From the NCBI GenBank assembly GCA_964439155.1, contig CAYTNJ010000002.1, positions 1-43,847 on the forward strand: DNA of 43,847 nt, written 5' to 3'. The notes beneath the pieces are model-generated. The model was not told the DNA's origin and did no database searches. It worked only from the letters and a program-made list of their open reading frames with translations. Shown one piece after another: positions 16,613-25,158 of the stretch; positions within the stretch are counted from its first letter, which is position 1, and the number at the start of each line of letters is the position of its first letter. The position numbers and the translations under genes are program-made. The DNA is from an uncultured Candidatus Peribacteria bacterium (GTDB lineage Bacteria > Patescibacteriota > Gracilibacteria > Peribacterales > Peribacteraceae).

Positions 16613-16964
16613 AGGCGAAACCGAGGCGATGCAGCGGGCTGGCGGTAACACGCAGAAACTGCAGGCGGGGTTCGTCAACGAACTGGTGAACCTGCTGGTT
16701 GAAGAAGAACCGATCAAAGAGGCCCGCAAGGCGATCATGGCGGCCGCGAAAGATAACGGCCTGAACACCAAGGCCCTGACTGCGGCCGCGAAGTTCAAGC
16801 ATGCCGACAGCGAAAAGCGGAAGGCATACACCGAAACGATTGAAGCGTGCGATCAGTATCTGGCGGCCGTGCAGCTGTCACTTTTCCCCGGCGAAGAGAA
16901 GGCCAGTCCCGAATTAAAAAAGGCGGCCGAAAAGGTCAACATGACCGTCTCGACAAAGCATTGA
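16590..16964 (+). CDS. GapR-like / DUF2312 DNA-binding protein
   Basis: AAKDNGLNTKALTAAAKFKHADSEKRKAYTETIEACDQYL parallels the EAKGNGFDVKVLKKVV...KRQEE...LDLYL core of Caulobacter GapR (recalled). AAGGAG RBS. Confidence 0.6.
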   Translation: MGRRKKPEGETEAMQRAGGNTQKLQAGFVNELVNLLVEEEPIKEARKAIMAAAKDNGLNTKALTAAAKFKHADSEKRKAYTETIEACDQYLAAVQLSLFPGEEKASPELKKAAEKVNMTVSTKH

Positions 16965-17028
16965 CGATATAAGCCAGCGGCGTTACGCTGGAGATCAACC
17001 ACGGATGCGAATCCGCTGTTTGAGTGGG

Positions 17029-17060
17029 AAGGCCGGGGGTAAAACCTCGGCCTTTTCCTT
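17029..17060 (+). terminator. Rho-independent terminator of the HTH/GapR-like cassette
   Basis: AAGGCCGGGGG-taaaa-CCTCGGCCTT stem followed by TTTTCCTTT. It sits in the convergent gap with the VRR-NUC gene. Confidence 0.65.
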
Positions 17061-17473
17061 TACGCATCAGGGAACTCCCACGTCGTCGGCACGTCGTCGG
17101 GGGTGCGCGCCACGAACGCGATGCCGCCATGCTTGCGCACGTTATTCATCCACGTCACCTGATCCTTTTCCAGCTGGCCGTCTTTGCTTTTTACCTCTGG
17201 CGACAAAAACACCGCCACCCTTTTTCCGACCATTTCGGGCGTGATGGTGATCGTGCGCCAGCCGATCAGATCCGCGCTGCCATCGATCAGGCCGTATTTT
17301 ACTTTATGCGGGGACTTCAAAATCACGTCGGGCCGGTCTTGACCAGGTACTTTAATCTCGCGGATCATCCGCCCGACCCAGCCGAGCCCGACGTTATTGC
17401 GAAACGTCACGTCGCCCAGCTGGCTGCAGCGCAGGCGGATCAGGTTTGTCGCGTCGTTTTCTTCTCTAGCCAT
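17060..17473 (-). CDS. VRR-NUC domain nuclease
   Basis: GSADLIGW ... FLSPEVKSKDGQLEKDQVTWMN matches the VRR-NUC D...EVK...Q pattern. Confidence 0.75.
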   Translation of the reverse strand: MAREENDATNLIRLRCSQLGDVTFRNNVGLGWVGRMIREIKVPGQDRPDVILKSPHKVKYGLIDGSADLIGWRTITITPEMVGKRVAVFLSPEVKSKDGQLEKDQVTWMNNVRKHGGIAFVARTPDDVPTTWEFPDA

Positions 17474-17679
17474 TATTTGAACCTTTCATAACATTGTGAA
17501 TCAACCATCGCTTGCTGGATGATGGCAACGATCTGCTTATGCGTGAACACCTTCACCTCGCACCTGCTGTGGCTGCTCGTGCCGGTGGTGACGGGCGGAA
17601 ACTTCACCGCCAGCAACGCCTTCATGACCGCCTCGCGGTCCTGTTCGTTTATCGGTCTGTCCAGTCCATAACCAATCAT
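17473..17679 (-). CDS. Hypothetical protein (68 aa)
   Basis: Internal ATG giving an ATGA overlap with the helicase stop. Confidence 0.55.
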   Translation of the reverse strand: MIGYGLDRPINEQDREAVMKALLAVKFPPVTTGTSSHSRCEVKVFTHKQIVAIIQQAMVDSQCYERFK

Positions 17680-19175
17680 AGCAACGCCTCCTCGCGTCGT
17701 TTTTGCTGCAGGTGGATATTCCCGCAATTGCATTTATAGGGTTCGAGGTCGATGAACCGATTCCGCTTTTTCGCCACCACGGCCGATTTCACCGCCGACT
17801 GCCAGTTGGTATAACGGTTTTTCTTTCCGCACGGCCCTGCCTTGTATGCGGCCTCTGCCGCTTTCTCTTTCTCGATCTCGGCTTTGCGTTCAGTGCGTGC
17901 CGCGGACTTTTCAGCCTTCGCAGCTGCGGCCGCCTCCTTCGCGATGCGCTTCAACTCGCCCTCCATGAAGAACATGGGGCGGTCCTTCACCTCGCGGACC
18001 AGCTGGCAGTTCGGGCATGCGGCCGACGGTCGGAAGACCGCAAAGCAGCCGGGGCATTGCGTGATCGCGACGGTGGTACCGGACTCAATGATGCGCTTCG
18101 GAGGCGCCTCGAGCGACCACACGATCACGTCGTCGGGGAAGCCGTGGCGCGTCCAGTTACCGCAATGGTCGAGGATGATGGCGATCTTGCCGGCCGCCCA
18201 GCGCAGCACGCGGCCCCATTGCTGTTTGCAGAGGATCAGAGACTTGGTGGGGCGCGCCATGATCATCGCCTCGATAGTCACGTCGAAGCCTGCGATGGCG
18301 GAAAGGTCGAAGCCCTCCCCGAACAGGTCCACGTTGAAAAGCACAAGGATCTCGCGGCGCGCGAACGCCTGCACGATGGCCCTGCGCACGTCGGGGTCGG
18401 TGGTCCCGTCGATGTGGGCCGCCGGTACCCCTGCGTCGGTGAACGCCTGCGCATAAGCCTTGCTGGCCTTCACGGTGGGCGCGAAGCCGACGGTCAGCTT
18501 GCCGCCCGCGTGCTTGAACCAATGGCCCACCACGTTGCCGACGAGGGCCTTGCCGAGCATGATTTTCTCGGTCTGGTCTGCGCTGTATTCGCCGCCGACG
18601 CTGCGCACGGTCGATAGGTCAGGCACGTCGGGGCCGTAGTATTCGAAGCGGGACAGGTACTCGTTATCGATAAGCCACGGCACGGTGGGGCCGTGAATCA
18701 TTTTCGTGTAATAGGCCCCGAGGCTTTTCCCGCCCGGCATGATGGGCGTGCCTGACAGGCCGAGGTGCCATTCGGCGTGGTTGTAAACCTTCTGCCATGA
18801 TGCCGCGCCGGTGTGCTGCCCTTCATCGAGAGCGATCAAATACGGCTTCGGCAACTCCTCCAGCATGTTGACGGCCGTCGGGATACTGACGATCTGGATC
18901 AGTTCGTCGGGGTTGCAATGTTTGCCCGCTGCGATGATGCCGAACGGCAGCCCTTCATCCCTGAACGTGTTGGCGGTACCATCGACCAGCTCCGCGCGGT
19001 GGACCCCGAACCAGCTGGGCCGGTTCCTCTCGCGCAGAGCCATGAAGATGTTGGTGGATAGGACCGTCTTGCCGCTGCCGGTCGGGCTTTCGATGATCAC
19101 GTTCTTATGACCCTCGCGCCACGCCTGCCGCGTTTCGTTAATCGTGGTGTGCTGGTACGGTCGAAGCGGCCGCAT
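17676..19175 (-). CDS. SF2 DEAD/DEAH-box helicase with C-terminal zinc ribbon
   Basis: ESPTGSGKT (motif I) and LDEGQH (motif II), with later helicase C motifs. CPGC...CPNC ribbon. Trimmed to MRPLRPYQH, which overlaps the upstream stop (TAATG). Confidence 0.85.
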   Translation of the reverse strand: MRPLRPYQHTTINETRQAWREGHKNVIIESPTGSGKTVLSTNIFMALRERNRPSWFGVHRAELVDGTANTFRDEGLPFGIIAAGKHCNPDELIQIVSIPTAVNMLEELPKPYLIALDEGQHTGAASWQKVYNHAEWHLGLSGTPIMPGGKSLGAYYTKMIHGPTVPWLIDNEYLSRFEYYGPDVPDLSTVRSVGGEYSADQTEKIMLGKALVGNVVGHWFKHAGGKLTVGFAPTVKASKAYAQAFTDAGVPAAHIDGTTDPDVRRAIVQAFARREILVLFNVDLFGEGFDLSAIAGFDVTIEAMIMARPTKSLILCKQQWGRVLRWAAGKIAIILDHCGNWTRHGFPDDVIVWSLEAPPKRIIESGTTVAITQCPGCFAVFRPSAACPNCQLVREVKDRPMFFMEGELKRIAKEAAAAAKAEKSAARTERKAEIEKEKAAEAAYKAGPCGKKNRYTNWQSAVKSAVVAKKRNRFIDLEPYKCNCGNIHLQQKRREEALL

Positions 19176-19690
19176 TACAGGTATAACGCCACGACGAGGC
19201 CCATCAGGCCGCCAGATACCCACTCTCGCGCGGTACCGTTCAGGAGCATGTAGCAGGCAGGCCACAGCAGGGCCAGCAGCGCGCCGTATGGCAACAGGAA
19301 CGCGCCGATCCACGCGCCCTTGATGCCCATGAAGATCCAGCAGTATTCGAGGCTGCCTAGCGGCCATCCCCGCTTTTCACAGATGGAGTCAACGATGTTT
19401 GACAAGAACTGCTTTCGTCCTGCGGCCGCCTGTGCGGGATCCAGCACCGTGCCGTGGCCGGTGTTGAAGGCAAAGAACGTGCTCACGGCCGCGAGCGCGC
19501 CCAGCATCAGGCCGTGGTGCCAGCCGACGGCCGCGCCTGTGATCAGCCCGAACGCGATCTCGGAAAGTATGGTCAGATCAAACGGCATGACTCCGCCGTC
19601 TTTTTTCGCCTGCAGGTGTTTCGCCCAGAGGCCGCCCCCGGCGGCGCGCGCGAGGCATGCGAATAGAGCGATAAAAAAAATGTAAGTCAT
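19175..19690 (-). CDS. Polytopic inner-membrane protein (171 aa)
   Basis: At least four hydrophobic helices (YIFFIALFACLA, ILSEIAFGLITGAAVGW, LMLGALAAVSTFFAF, AWIGAFLLPYGALLALLWPACYML, GGLMGLVVALYL). Confidence 0.7.
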   Translation of the reverse strand: MTYIFFIALFACLARAAGGGLWAKHLQAKKDGGVMPFDLTILSEIAFGLITGAAVGWHHGLMLGALAAVSTFFAFNTGHGTVLDPAQAAAGRKQFLSNIVDSICEKRGWPLGSLEYCWIFMGIKGAWIGAFLLPYGALLALLWPACYMLLNGTAREWVSGGLMGLVVALYL

Positions 19691-19917
19691 AGGCCCTCCT
19701 TTTCGATTTGTTTGGTGCCGTTGGGATAATTGATCTCGAGCTCCTGCACGCGGGCCTCTGCGTCGGCTGTCGCGTATATGGCCTCGAGCACCTGCTTTGC
19801 CATTTCAGCCCGCTTTGACTCGCGGATATGATTCAGCGTGTGCATGTACAACACGATGCTCTCGGCCGCGCGCTGCAGGTGCTTTTTGCGCATCCATCGT
19901 AAAAGGCGGTTTTTCAT
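19687..19917 (-). CDS. Hypothetical protein (76 aa)
   Basis: ATGA-coupled ORF. Confidence 0.6.
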   Translation of the reverse strand: MKNRLLRWMRKKHLQRAAESIVLYMHTLNHIRESKRAEMAKQVLEAIYATADAEARVQELEINYPNGTKQIEKEGL

Positions 19918-20345
19918 GACCGAGCCCTCACATCACATTGAACGCAGATATTCGGACCATCGACCGGACAACCGCATGCCTTAAATTTTTCGCGTGGTTC
20001 GGTAACAGGCGCGGGGTGAGGTTTCGCGGCTTTCACAAGTACGTCAATGTAGTGAATGGCATTTGCGCCTAGTGTCGTTCCATCAGCATAAAGGCCTGCT
20101 TCATTCTCATCGTCAAAGAACGCTATAGCATGAGCAACATCCCCCTGCGCGGCGGGTGCAGGCTTTAGCAAGGCTTCATAAAGATCGTATCGAACATATT
20201 TCTGCAAATCAGCGTTTTTAAGGCCGTTCATTTCCGCTTTATATTTGGCCTGACCATATCGCCCATCATATTCAAGGTAGGGATACGGCAAAGCCCAAAT
20301 AAATTTATCGCGTAATTCCGGCATATCGCGGTCGTTTGTGGCCAT
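19914..20345 (-). CDS. Hypothetical protein (143 aa)
   Basis: Internal ATG (MATNDRDMPEL) giving a TAATG overlap. AT-richer segment. C-terminal CGCPVDGPNICVQC. Confidence 0.6.
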   Translation of the reverse strand: MATNDRDMPELRDKFIWALPYPYLEYDGRYGQAKYKAEMNGLKNADLQKYVRYDLYEALLKPAPAAQGDVAHAIAFFDDENEAGLYADGTTLGANAIHYIDVLVKAAKPHPAPVTEPREKFKACGCPVDGPNICVQCDVRARS

Positions 20346-20632
20346 TAGAATAAATTCCTTTCTTCGCATGATTTGCATTTTTCCGGATACATCGCGTTGA
20401 GCATCTTCTGCACCAACTTCCAGATCACTTCACGATGGCGGGGGTGCTTTTCGACGCGGCCCTTGCGCGTGATGAATTCGGACGCTTGCCCGTTTCCCAT
20501 GCGGTGGATCGCGCCGTCGTAGTTGCCCTTCGCATCGGTGCCGGTGCCATCGTTGCAAATATCCATCACGCCCAGCAGGCTGCGCTCGCCGCCCTTATTG
20601 GCGTTTAAAAGTTCGACCGTGATCCTGATCAT
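20345..20632 (-). CDS. Hypothetical protein (95 aa)
   Basis: Internal ATG (MIRITVELLNANKGG) giving an ATGA overlap with the upstream stop. Confidence 0.6.
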   Translation of the reverse strand: MIRITVELLNANKGGERSLLGVMDICNDGTGTDAKGNYDGAIHRMGNGQASEFITRKGRVEKHPRHREVIWKLVQKMLNAMYPEKCKSCEERNLF

Positions 20633-21003
20633 GTTTTCTCCCTGTGTGATGCTCTGACGACTCCGCGCTTGGTAAAAACGCAAAGAGGGTCCTGACCCGC
20701 CTTATAATCGCGGCAAAGCTGCGGCCGGTTTTCATAGATGGTGCAACGGCCGTCGTCGCCCAGCTTCGGGCAGGTGAAGGAATAATTGCCGTATTTCCTG
20801 CCTTCTGCGGTCTCGAAAACCTGCAGCACCTCTAGTGGTTCAAAAGGCAGACCGGCGACCTTCATATAAGCGCGTGCTGCGTCGGGTCCTTCATCCAGCC
20901 AGAATGTAACCTGCTCTGTCCCAGCGCCGTCGTTACGCGGCGCGCTAATCTGCATCTTTTTGCAGCAGTTGCCGGGCTTCGGACATTTATCGCACCAGCT
21001 CAT
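20629..21003 (-). CDS. YkgJ-family cysteine-cluster (CxxCxxCC) protein
   Basis: CDKCPKPGNCCKK ... CPKLGDDGRCTIYENRPQLCRDY matches the zinc/iron-chelating UPF0153 pattern. ATGA overlap upstream. Confidence 0.65.
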   Translation of the reverse strand: MSWCDKCPKPGNCCKKMQISAPRNDGAGTEQVTFWLDEGPDAARAYMKVAGLPFEPLEVLQVFETAEGRKYGNYSFTCPKLGDDGRCTIYENRPQLCRDYKAGQDPLCVFTKRGVVRASHREKT

Positions 21004-21662
21004 GCCTCGTCCCCGCATTCGCCGCAGGTCAGTTTGGCATCGGTGCAGGCCGAGCAAGGTGGCGAGATATGGCACCGGCAATCGCCGTCCAGTACCACCC
21101 TATAAAATCCCTGACACCCGGAGGATAGACACCGGTCACCTTCCTCCGTCGGCCGAGGCGCTTGGGCAGGCGGATGGCACGTCGGGCATGCCATCGCCCC
21201 CGCGCTGGGCTCTCCACTATAGTCCGTGATCACGCCTTCGCCCTTGCACGTTTCGCATTTCGGCGGCTGCAGGAATTCAGGGATATCGAGTTCATCTACG
21301 CCGCACATCGGGCAAACCGCCAGCACCGATGAATATACGCCCCGGCATGCGCTGCATACTTTCGCCTGCTCCAGCGGGCCGCGATCAGTCAGCGGTGCAA
21401 AGTTCACCTCGACCTTTACGTTGTCGGCCGAAGTCTCGGTGTACCGGTCTGTCAAAACCTCCAGCGCGGACTCGATGCTGGAAAGCTGACCTTCGATCTC
21501 GCGTATGGCATCGATCTGGTTATCGGCCCACGCTTTGAAGTGCGGATCATTATTGCGCTTTTTACACTCGATCAGTGCCTCTAGGCGGCGGCGCATGTGC
21601 AGCGCAAAATTCGCCCGCAGCTGCTCGGCGGTCTTTTCCAAATATTTAATTGCGTACTGCAT
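21000..21662 (-). CDS. Cys-rich protein with DnaJ-type CxxCxGxG finger
   Basis: N-terminal helical region, then CSAC, CPMC, CETCKGEG, CPTC, CSAC and CGEC pairs. Confidence 0.65.
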   Translation of the reverse strand: MQYAIKYLEKTAEQLRANFALHMRRRLEALIECKKRNNDPHFKAWADNQIDAIREIEGQLSSIESALEVLTDRYTETSADNVKVEVNFAPLTDRGPLEQAKVCSACRGVYSSVLAVCPMCGVDELDIPEFLQPPKCETCKGEGVITDYSGEPSAGAMACPTCHPPAQAPRPTEEGDRCLSSGCQGFYRVVLDGDCRCHISPPCSACTDAKLTCGECGDEA

Positions 21663-21671
21663 GGCGGATCC

Positions 21672-22400
21672 TTATTTTTGCGGGTTTAAATCTCTTAGAA
21701 TTGCGTAACCGATCACTTCGGGGATTTGCGGGACGACCGAGTTTCCGAGGGCTTTAAGTGCAGGTGCTGGGGGGGGTAGCCCATCACTTTTGCGGTGAAG
21801 TCTGCACTCGGGTAAATTGGTTCTTCCGGGCCATTCCTCAAAAACTCCCTGTAATTGCTGCGATAGGTCGGACTGCCAAAGTATCGGCCCTTTGTACACC
21901 CCTTGTAATCGCTCGCTGCGGGGGTCGGCATATATCCAGACGCGGTCCCGTTCATGCCAGGCACCAACGTAGGAAGCCGGTATGCAATGCCACTCCGCGT
22001 CATACCCGAGCGAGGCCAAGGCCCCGAGAACCGTGCCAAGCCCTCGAGTAAGCAACCCTGCCACGTTCTCCAGCAATGCGCGTGGCCGTCCCACCATGCA
22101 AAGGGTTCGTAAGATGTACCAGAAAAGCCCTGAACGGCTGCCGGTAATTCCGGCACCTTCTCCAGCGTGTGAAATGTCCTGACAGGGGAAACCCGCCGTA
22201 ACCAAGTCCACATGCGATTCAAATTTGAGATTGGTAACATCTTCGATTATCTCCACTTCAGGCCAGTTTTTTTTCAGGACACTTTTGCAAAACTTATCAA
22301 TCTCGCAGAAGGCCACCGTCTCGAATCCGTCGGTGCGCTCAAGGCCAAGGCTGATTCCACCTATGCCGCTAAAAAGGTCGAGGACCTTTAATTTTTCCAT
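21672..22400 (-). CDS. DNA (cytosine-5) methyltransferase, short form (242 aa); frame integrity is questionable, see findings
   Basis: DLFSGIGG (motif I), GFPCQDIS (IV), ENV (VI), GAWHERDRVW (VIII-like) and LGNSVVPQ (X). A canonical motif IX string is absent from this frame but present in a nested frame. Confidence 0.8.
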   Translation of the reverse strand: MEKLKVLDLFSGIGGISLGLERTDGFETVAFCEIDKFCKSVLKKNWPEVEIIEDVTNLKFESHVDLVTAGFPCQDISHAGEGAGITGSRSGLFWYILRTLCMVGRPRALLENVAGLLTRGLGTVLGALASLGYDAEWHCIPASYVGAWHERDRVWIYADPRSERLQGVYKGPILWQSDLSQQLQGVFEEWPGRTNLPECRLHRKSDGLPPPAPALKALGNSVVPQIPEVIGYAILRDLNPQK

Positions 22401-22416
22401 TTTAAAATTCCGAAGT

Positions 22417-25140
22417 TTAAAGCAGCAGCCCGTCCGGTCTGAATTTTTCGGACGGTATAATAACTTGATTGGCGGTCGTCGCGCCAAACCTGACCAGTTT
22501 TTTAGGCTCGTTCCATTTGATTCCCTCCGCGTTGATGATTGCCTTGGCCCAGTTCGTGGCCCAAATAGTCTCCTTCAAAATGCGGCTGATGTGCATCGAC
22601 GGCCGCCGTATATAAACAAACTCCTGCGTCGTTTTAATATCGACGTTCAGCAGCGCGGCGCGCGCGTCCTGCTGGGTGTAATCCATATCCACGTATCCAA
22701 GCGCGACCTGTATCACGGTGCCGATTTGCGCCTCGTGACGCTGGCCCTTGAACGACTGCAGCACCGGTATCGTGGAGCTCATGAGGCGGTCGTACAGGCG
22801 GTCGTGGTCAGCGGCTTCGCCCACGGCCGTATGCAGCGTCCAGTCATGTTTGCGGATCCACTCCTCCGCCTCCTTCACGCTGATCTCCTTCGGGCTGTGC
22901 AGGCTATACACGCCCGCCAGCATCGGCCCGATCTGATCCGCCGCGCGCCGGTCGCGCAGAACCGTGGCGGCCGCGTCCGTGAACGTCTCGGAATTTTTCA
23001 TGATAACTTTGATATTGCTGACCGTGCGCGCGAGCAGCTGGCGCGCATATTTTTCCGTCAACGTCTCTTTGGCGAACGCCTTGAGGTCCTGAAACTGCTG
23101 CTCGGCATCAGGCGCGCGGTTTCGGCGCAGGTATAGCATCGACACCCGGCTTTCATCCGCCCGCTGCTTAATTGACGGGTTGATGGATGCGAAGGCGAAC
23201 ATGGAGCGCACCGAGTAAACGACGCCCTGACCGTCCTGCGATCCCTTGGCGATGCGGTCGCCCGACGATGATTTGCGGGCGAGCATCAGGATCTGCTGCA
23301 CGTTGATATCGTCGCGCTGGTTCTCGGTTTCCATTTCATCGAGCACCACCGGCCGCCCGTCCCATTGCAGCAGCTGGCGGATAGCGGGCTCCGTGGTACC
23401 TCCTGACAGGCGCAGGCAGATGATATCGATCATCGGCATCATGACCTTATTCAGCACGAACGATTTACCGGCCTGCGACTCGCCCGTCACCCAGATATGC
23501 GGCCGCCAGTCGAGCGCGGCGCAAAGCGGTGCCATCACCAGCCAGCCCGCCAGCAGCGTCCCTGACAGGGGATTTTCCCAAGTTGGCGCCTCGCAGATTT
23601 TGCGCAGCTTCACCGCCTCGATGCTCTCCAGCGGTTCGGGGTCGATCTCGAATATCTTCTCGGCCGCCTGATAAACATAGCGGCTGCCGATCATGAAGGG
23701 GTCCATAGGCTTGCCGTCAACCAGCAGCCTGTCGCCGCAATGTATCACCACCCGCCCTTCATCGATCCACACCCCCGCGCCCCTGATCATCGATTCCGGT
23801 TTAAAGATGCCGATTTTTTGCGACGTCTGCAGGAGCGCGTTCACGGCATAATCCCAGTCCACGTCTTTACCGCGGTCTTTTTTGAACCCCTCTTCCCACC
23901 ACGCCTTGGGGGCCAGCTCGTACAAATTGTTTTTGGTATGCCCGCCGGGGGTCAGCGCGACCATCTGCTTGCTGCCTCGCGGCAGGTAATAATATTGGCC
24001 CATATTGTGGCCCATGATCTTGAACGGCCCGTTCTCGACGGGCTCCGCCAAATTGTCTGGGTCATAGTGCGGCACCATACCCGACAAATCCTCTGGCGGG
24101 GGCGGGTTGTCGTTATCGTAGGGTATTTCGGGTTCTGGCTCCTTCAGGAGCAGCGCGCGGACGGCATCTAGGCCCTGCTGCGCTTCGAGATCATTAAAAT
24201 CGGTTGGGCGGGAGGCGACGTTGTCAAACTTCGGAGGAACGACACGCACCTTCCCGCCCAGCCTTTTCGAGACAGCTTCCGCCGCCTCAATTCCCGGGTT
24301 CCACAATAAACCCGATTCCCGCCATTCTTTCCAGCGCGGATCGTCGCCGGCAGGTAGCAGGACCAGGTCGGGGGGCCTTTTCCCCGACCGAAAAACCCAA
24401 TTATCAAAATCGGCGCATATGATATCGCCCTCTTCCGCGACCGCCTTCAGGTTGCCCGAGTCAAAGGCCACCCGAACCTCCCAGCCTGTCGCGCGGTGGA
24501 TCGTCCCGCCGGTCGCATAGCCCTCGCAGACGGCCCGCCCGCCGGTGCCGGGGATGGTGAAGAACGCGCCCTTCTTCTCCCCGCCGGTCAAAAACTTCTT
24601 TTCGCCCTTTTCGCTAATAAACTGGATGGTGCTGATGCCCTTCGGGTCGAGCGCGGGGATCATCAACAGGTTATGCAGGACGCGGAGGCCGTATGATGGC
24701 ACCCCCTTGCGCGCCAGATAGGGGTGCTGGAGCGCGTCTGTCCCCCGCGCCCACAGACGTTCCGCCTTATCGCGGGCCGCCTTTGCGCGCGCCTTGGCCT
24801 CGGCCTGCGCCACCTTCCGCCGTTCCTCGATTTTGGCTTTCAGGGCCTCGCGCTCCGTCGCCGTCATATTGGCCGACTTGGAATGCCACTTATGGAGAAC
24901 GCCGTCTTTGTAGGATTTCCACCACCCGAACGCGAACGCGCCCTCTATGGCCAGCTGGTACTCGCCGTTCAGCTTCGACCGGCTGTCGCCCAGAATATGG
25001 AACCGTCGCCGCCGGTCGTCCGCCTCGATGGGCGTATCCGTTGCGCTGCCCGCATCGGCCATCGCCGTGCGAAATTCGTCAATTAGGTCTGTCAATGGGG
25101 TATCTCCGAAGTCTGGATTCCAAGCTACCGTTCGACTCAC
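22417..25140 (-). CDS. DNA primase (TOPRIM) fused to a P-loop NTPase/helicase-like domain
   Basis: VCEGYATGGT and ICADFDNW are TOPRIM acidic motifs. Later come Walker A GESQAGKS and Walker B VVLDEME. GTG start after a G6 SD-like run. Confidence 0.8.
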   Translation of the reverse strand: MSRTVAWNPDFGDTPLTDLIDEFRTAMADAGSATDTPIEADDRRRRFHILGDSRSKLNGEYQLAIEGAFAFGWWKSYKDGVLHKWHSKSANMTATEREALKAKIEERRKVAQAEAKARAKAARDKAERLWARGTDALQHPYLARKGVPSYGLRVLHNLLMIPALDPKGISTIQFISEKGEKKFLTGGEKKGAFFTIPGTGGRAVCEGYATGGTIHRATGWEVRVAFDSGNLKAVAEEGDIICADFDNWVFRSGKRPPDLVLLPAGDDPRWKEWRESGLLWNPGIEAAEAVSKRLGGKVRVVPPKFDNVASRPTDFNDLEAQQGLDAVRALLLKEPEPEIPYDNDNPPPPEDLSGMVPHYDPDNLAEPVENGPFKIMGHNMGQYYYLPRGSKQMVALTPGGHTKNNLYELAPKAWWEEGFKKDRGKDVDWDYAVNALLQTSQKIGIFKPESMIRGAGVWIDEGRVVIHCGDRLLVDGKPMDPFMIGSRYVYQAAEKIFEIDPEPLESIEAVKLRKICEAPTWENPLSGTLLAGWLVMAPLCAALDWRPHIWVTGESQAGKSFVLNKVMMPMIDIICLRLSGGTTEPAIRQLLQWDGRPVVLDEMETENQRDDINVQQILMLARKSSSGDRIAKGSQDGQGVVYSVRSMFAFASINPSIKQRADESRVSMLYLRRNRAPDAEQQFQDLKAFAKETLTEKYARQLLARTVSNIKVIMKNSETFTDAAATVLRDRRAADQIGPMLAGVYSLHSPKEISVKEAEEWIRKHDWTLHTAVGEAADHDRLYDRLMSSTIPVLQSFKGQRHEAQIGTVIQVALGYVDMDYTQQDARAALLNVDIKTTQEFVYIRRPSMHISRILKETIWATNWAKAIINAEGIKWNEPKKLVRFGATTANQVIIPSEKFRPDGLLL

Positions 25141-25158
25141 CGAATGTAAACCCCCCGT

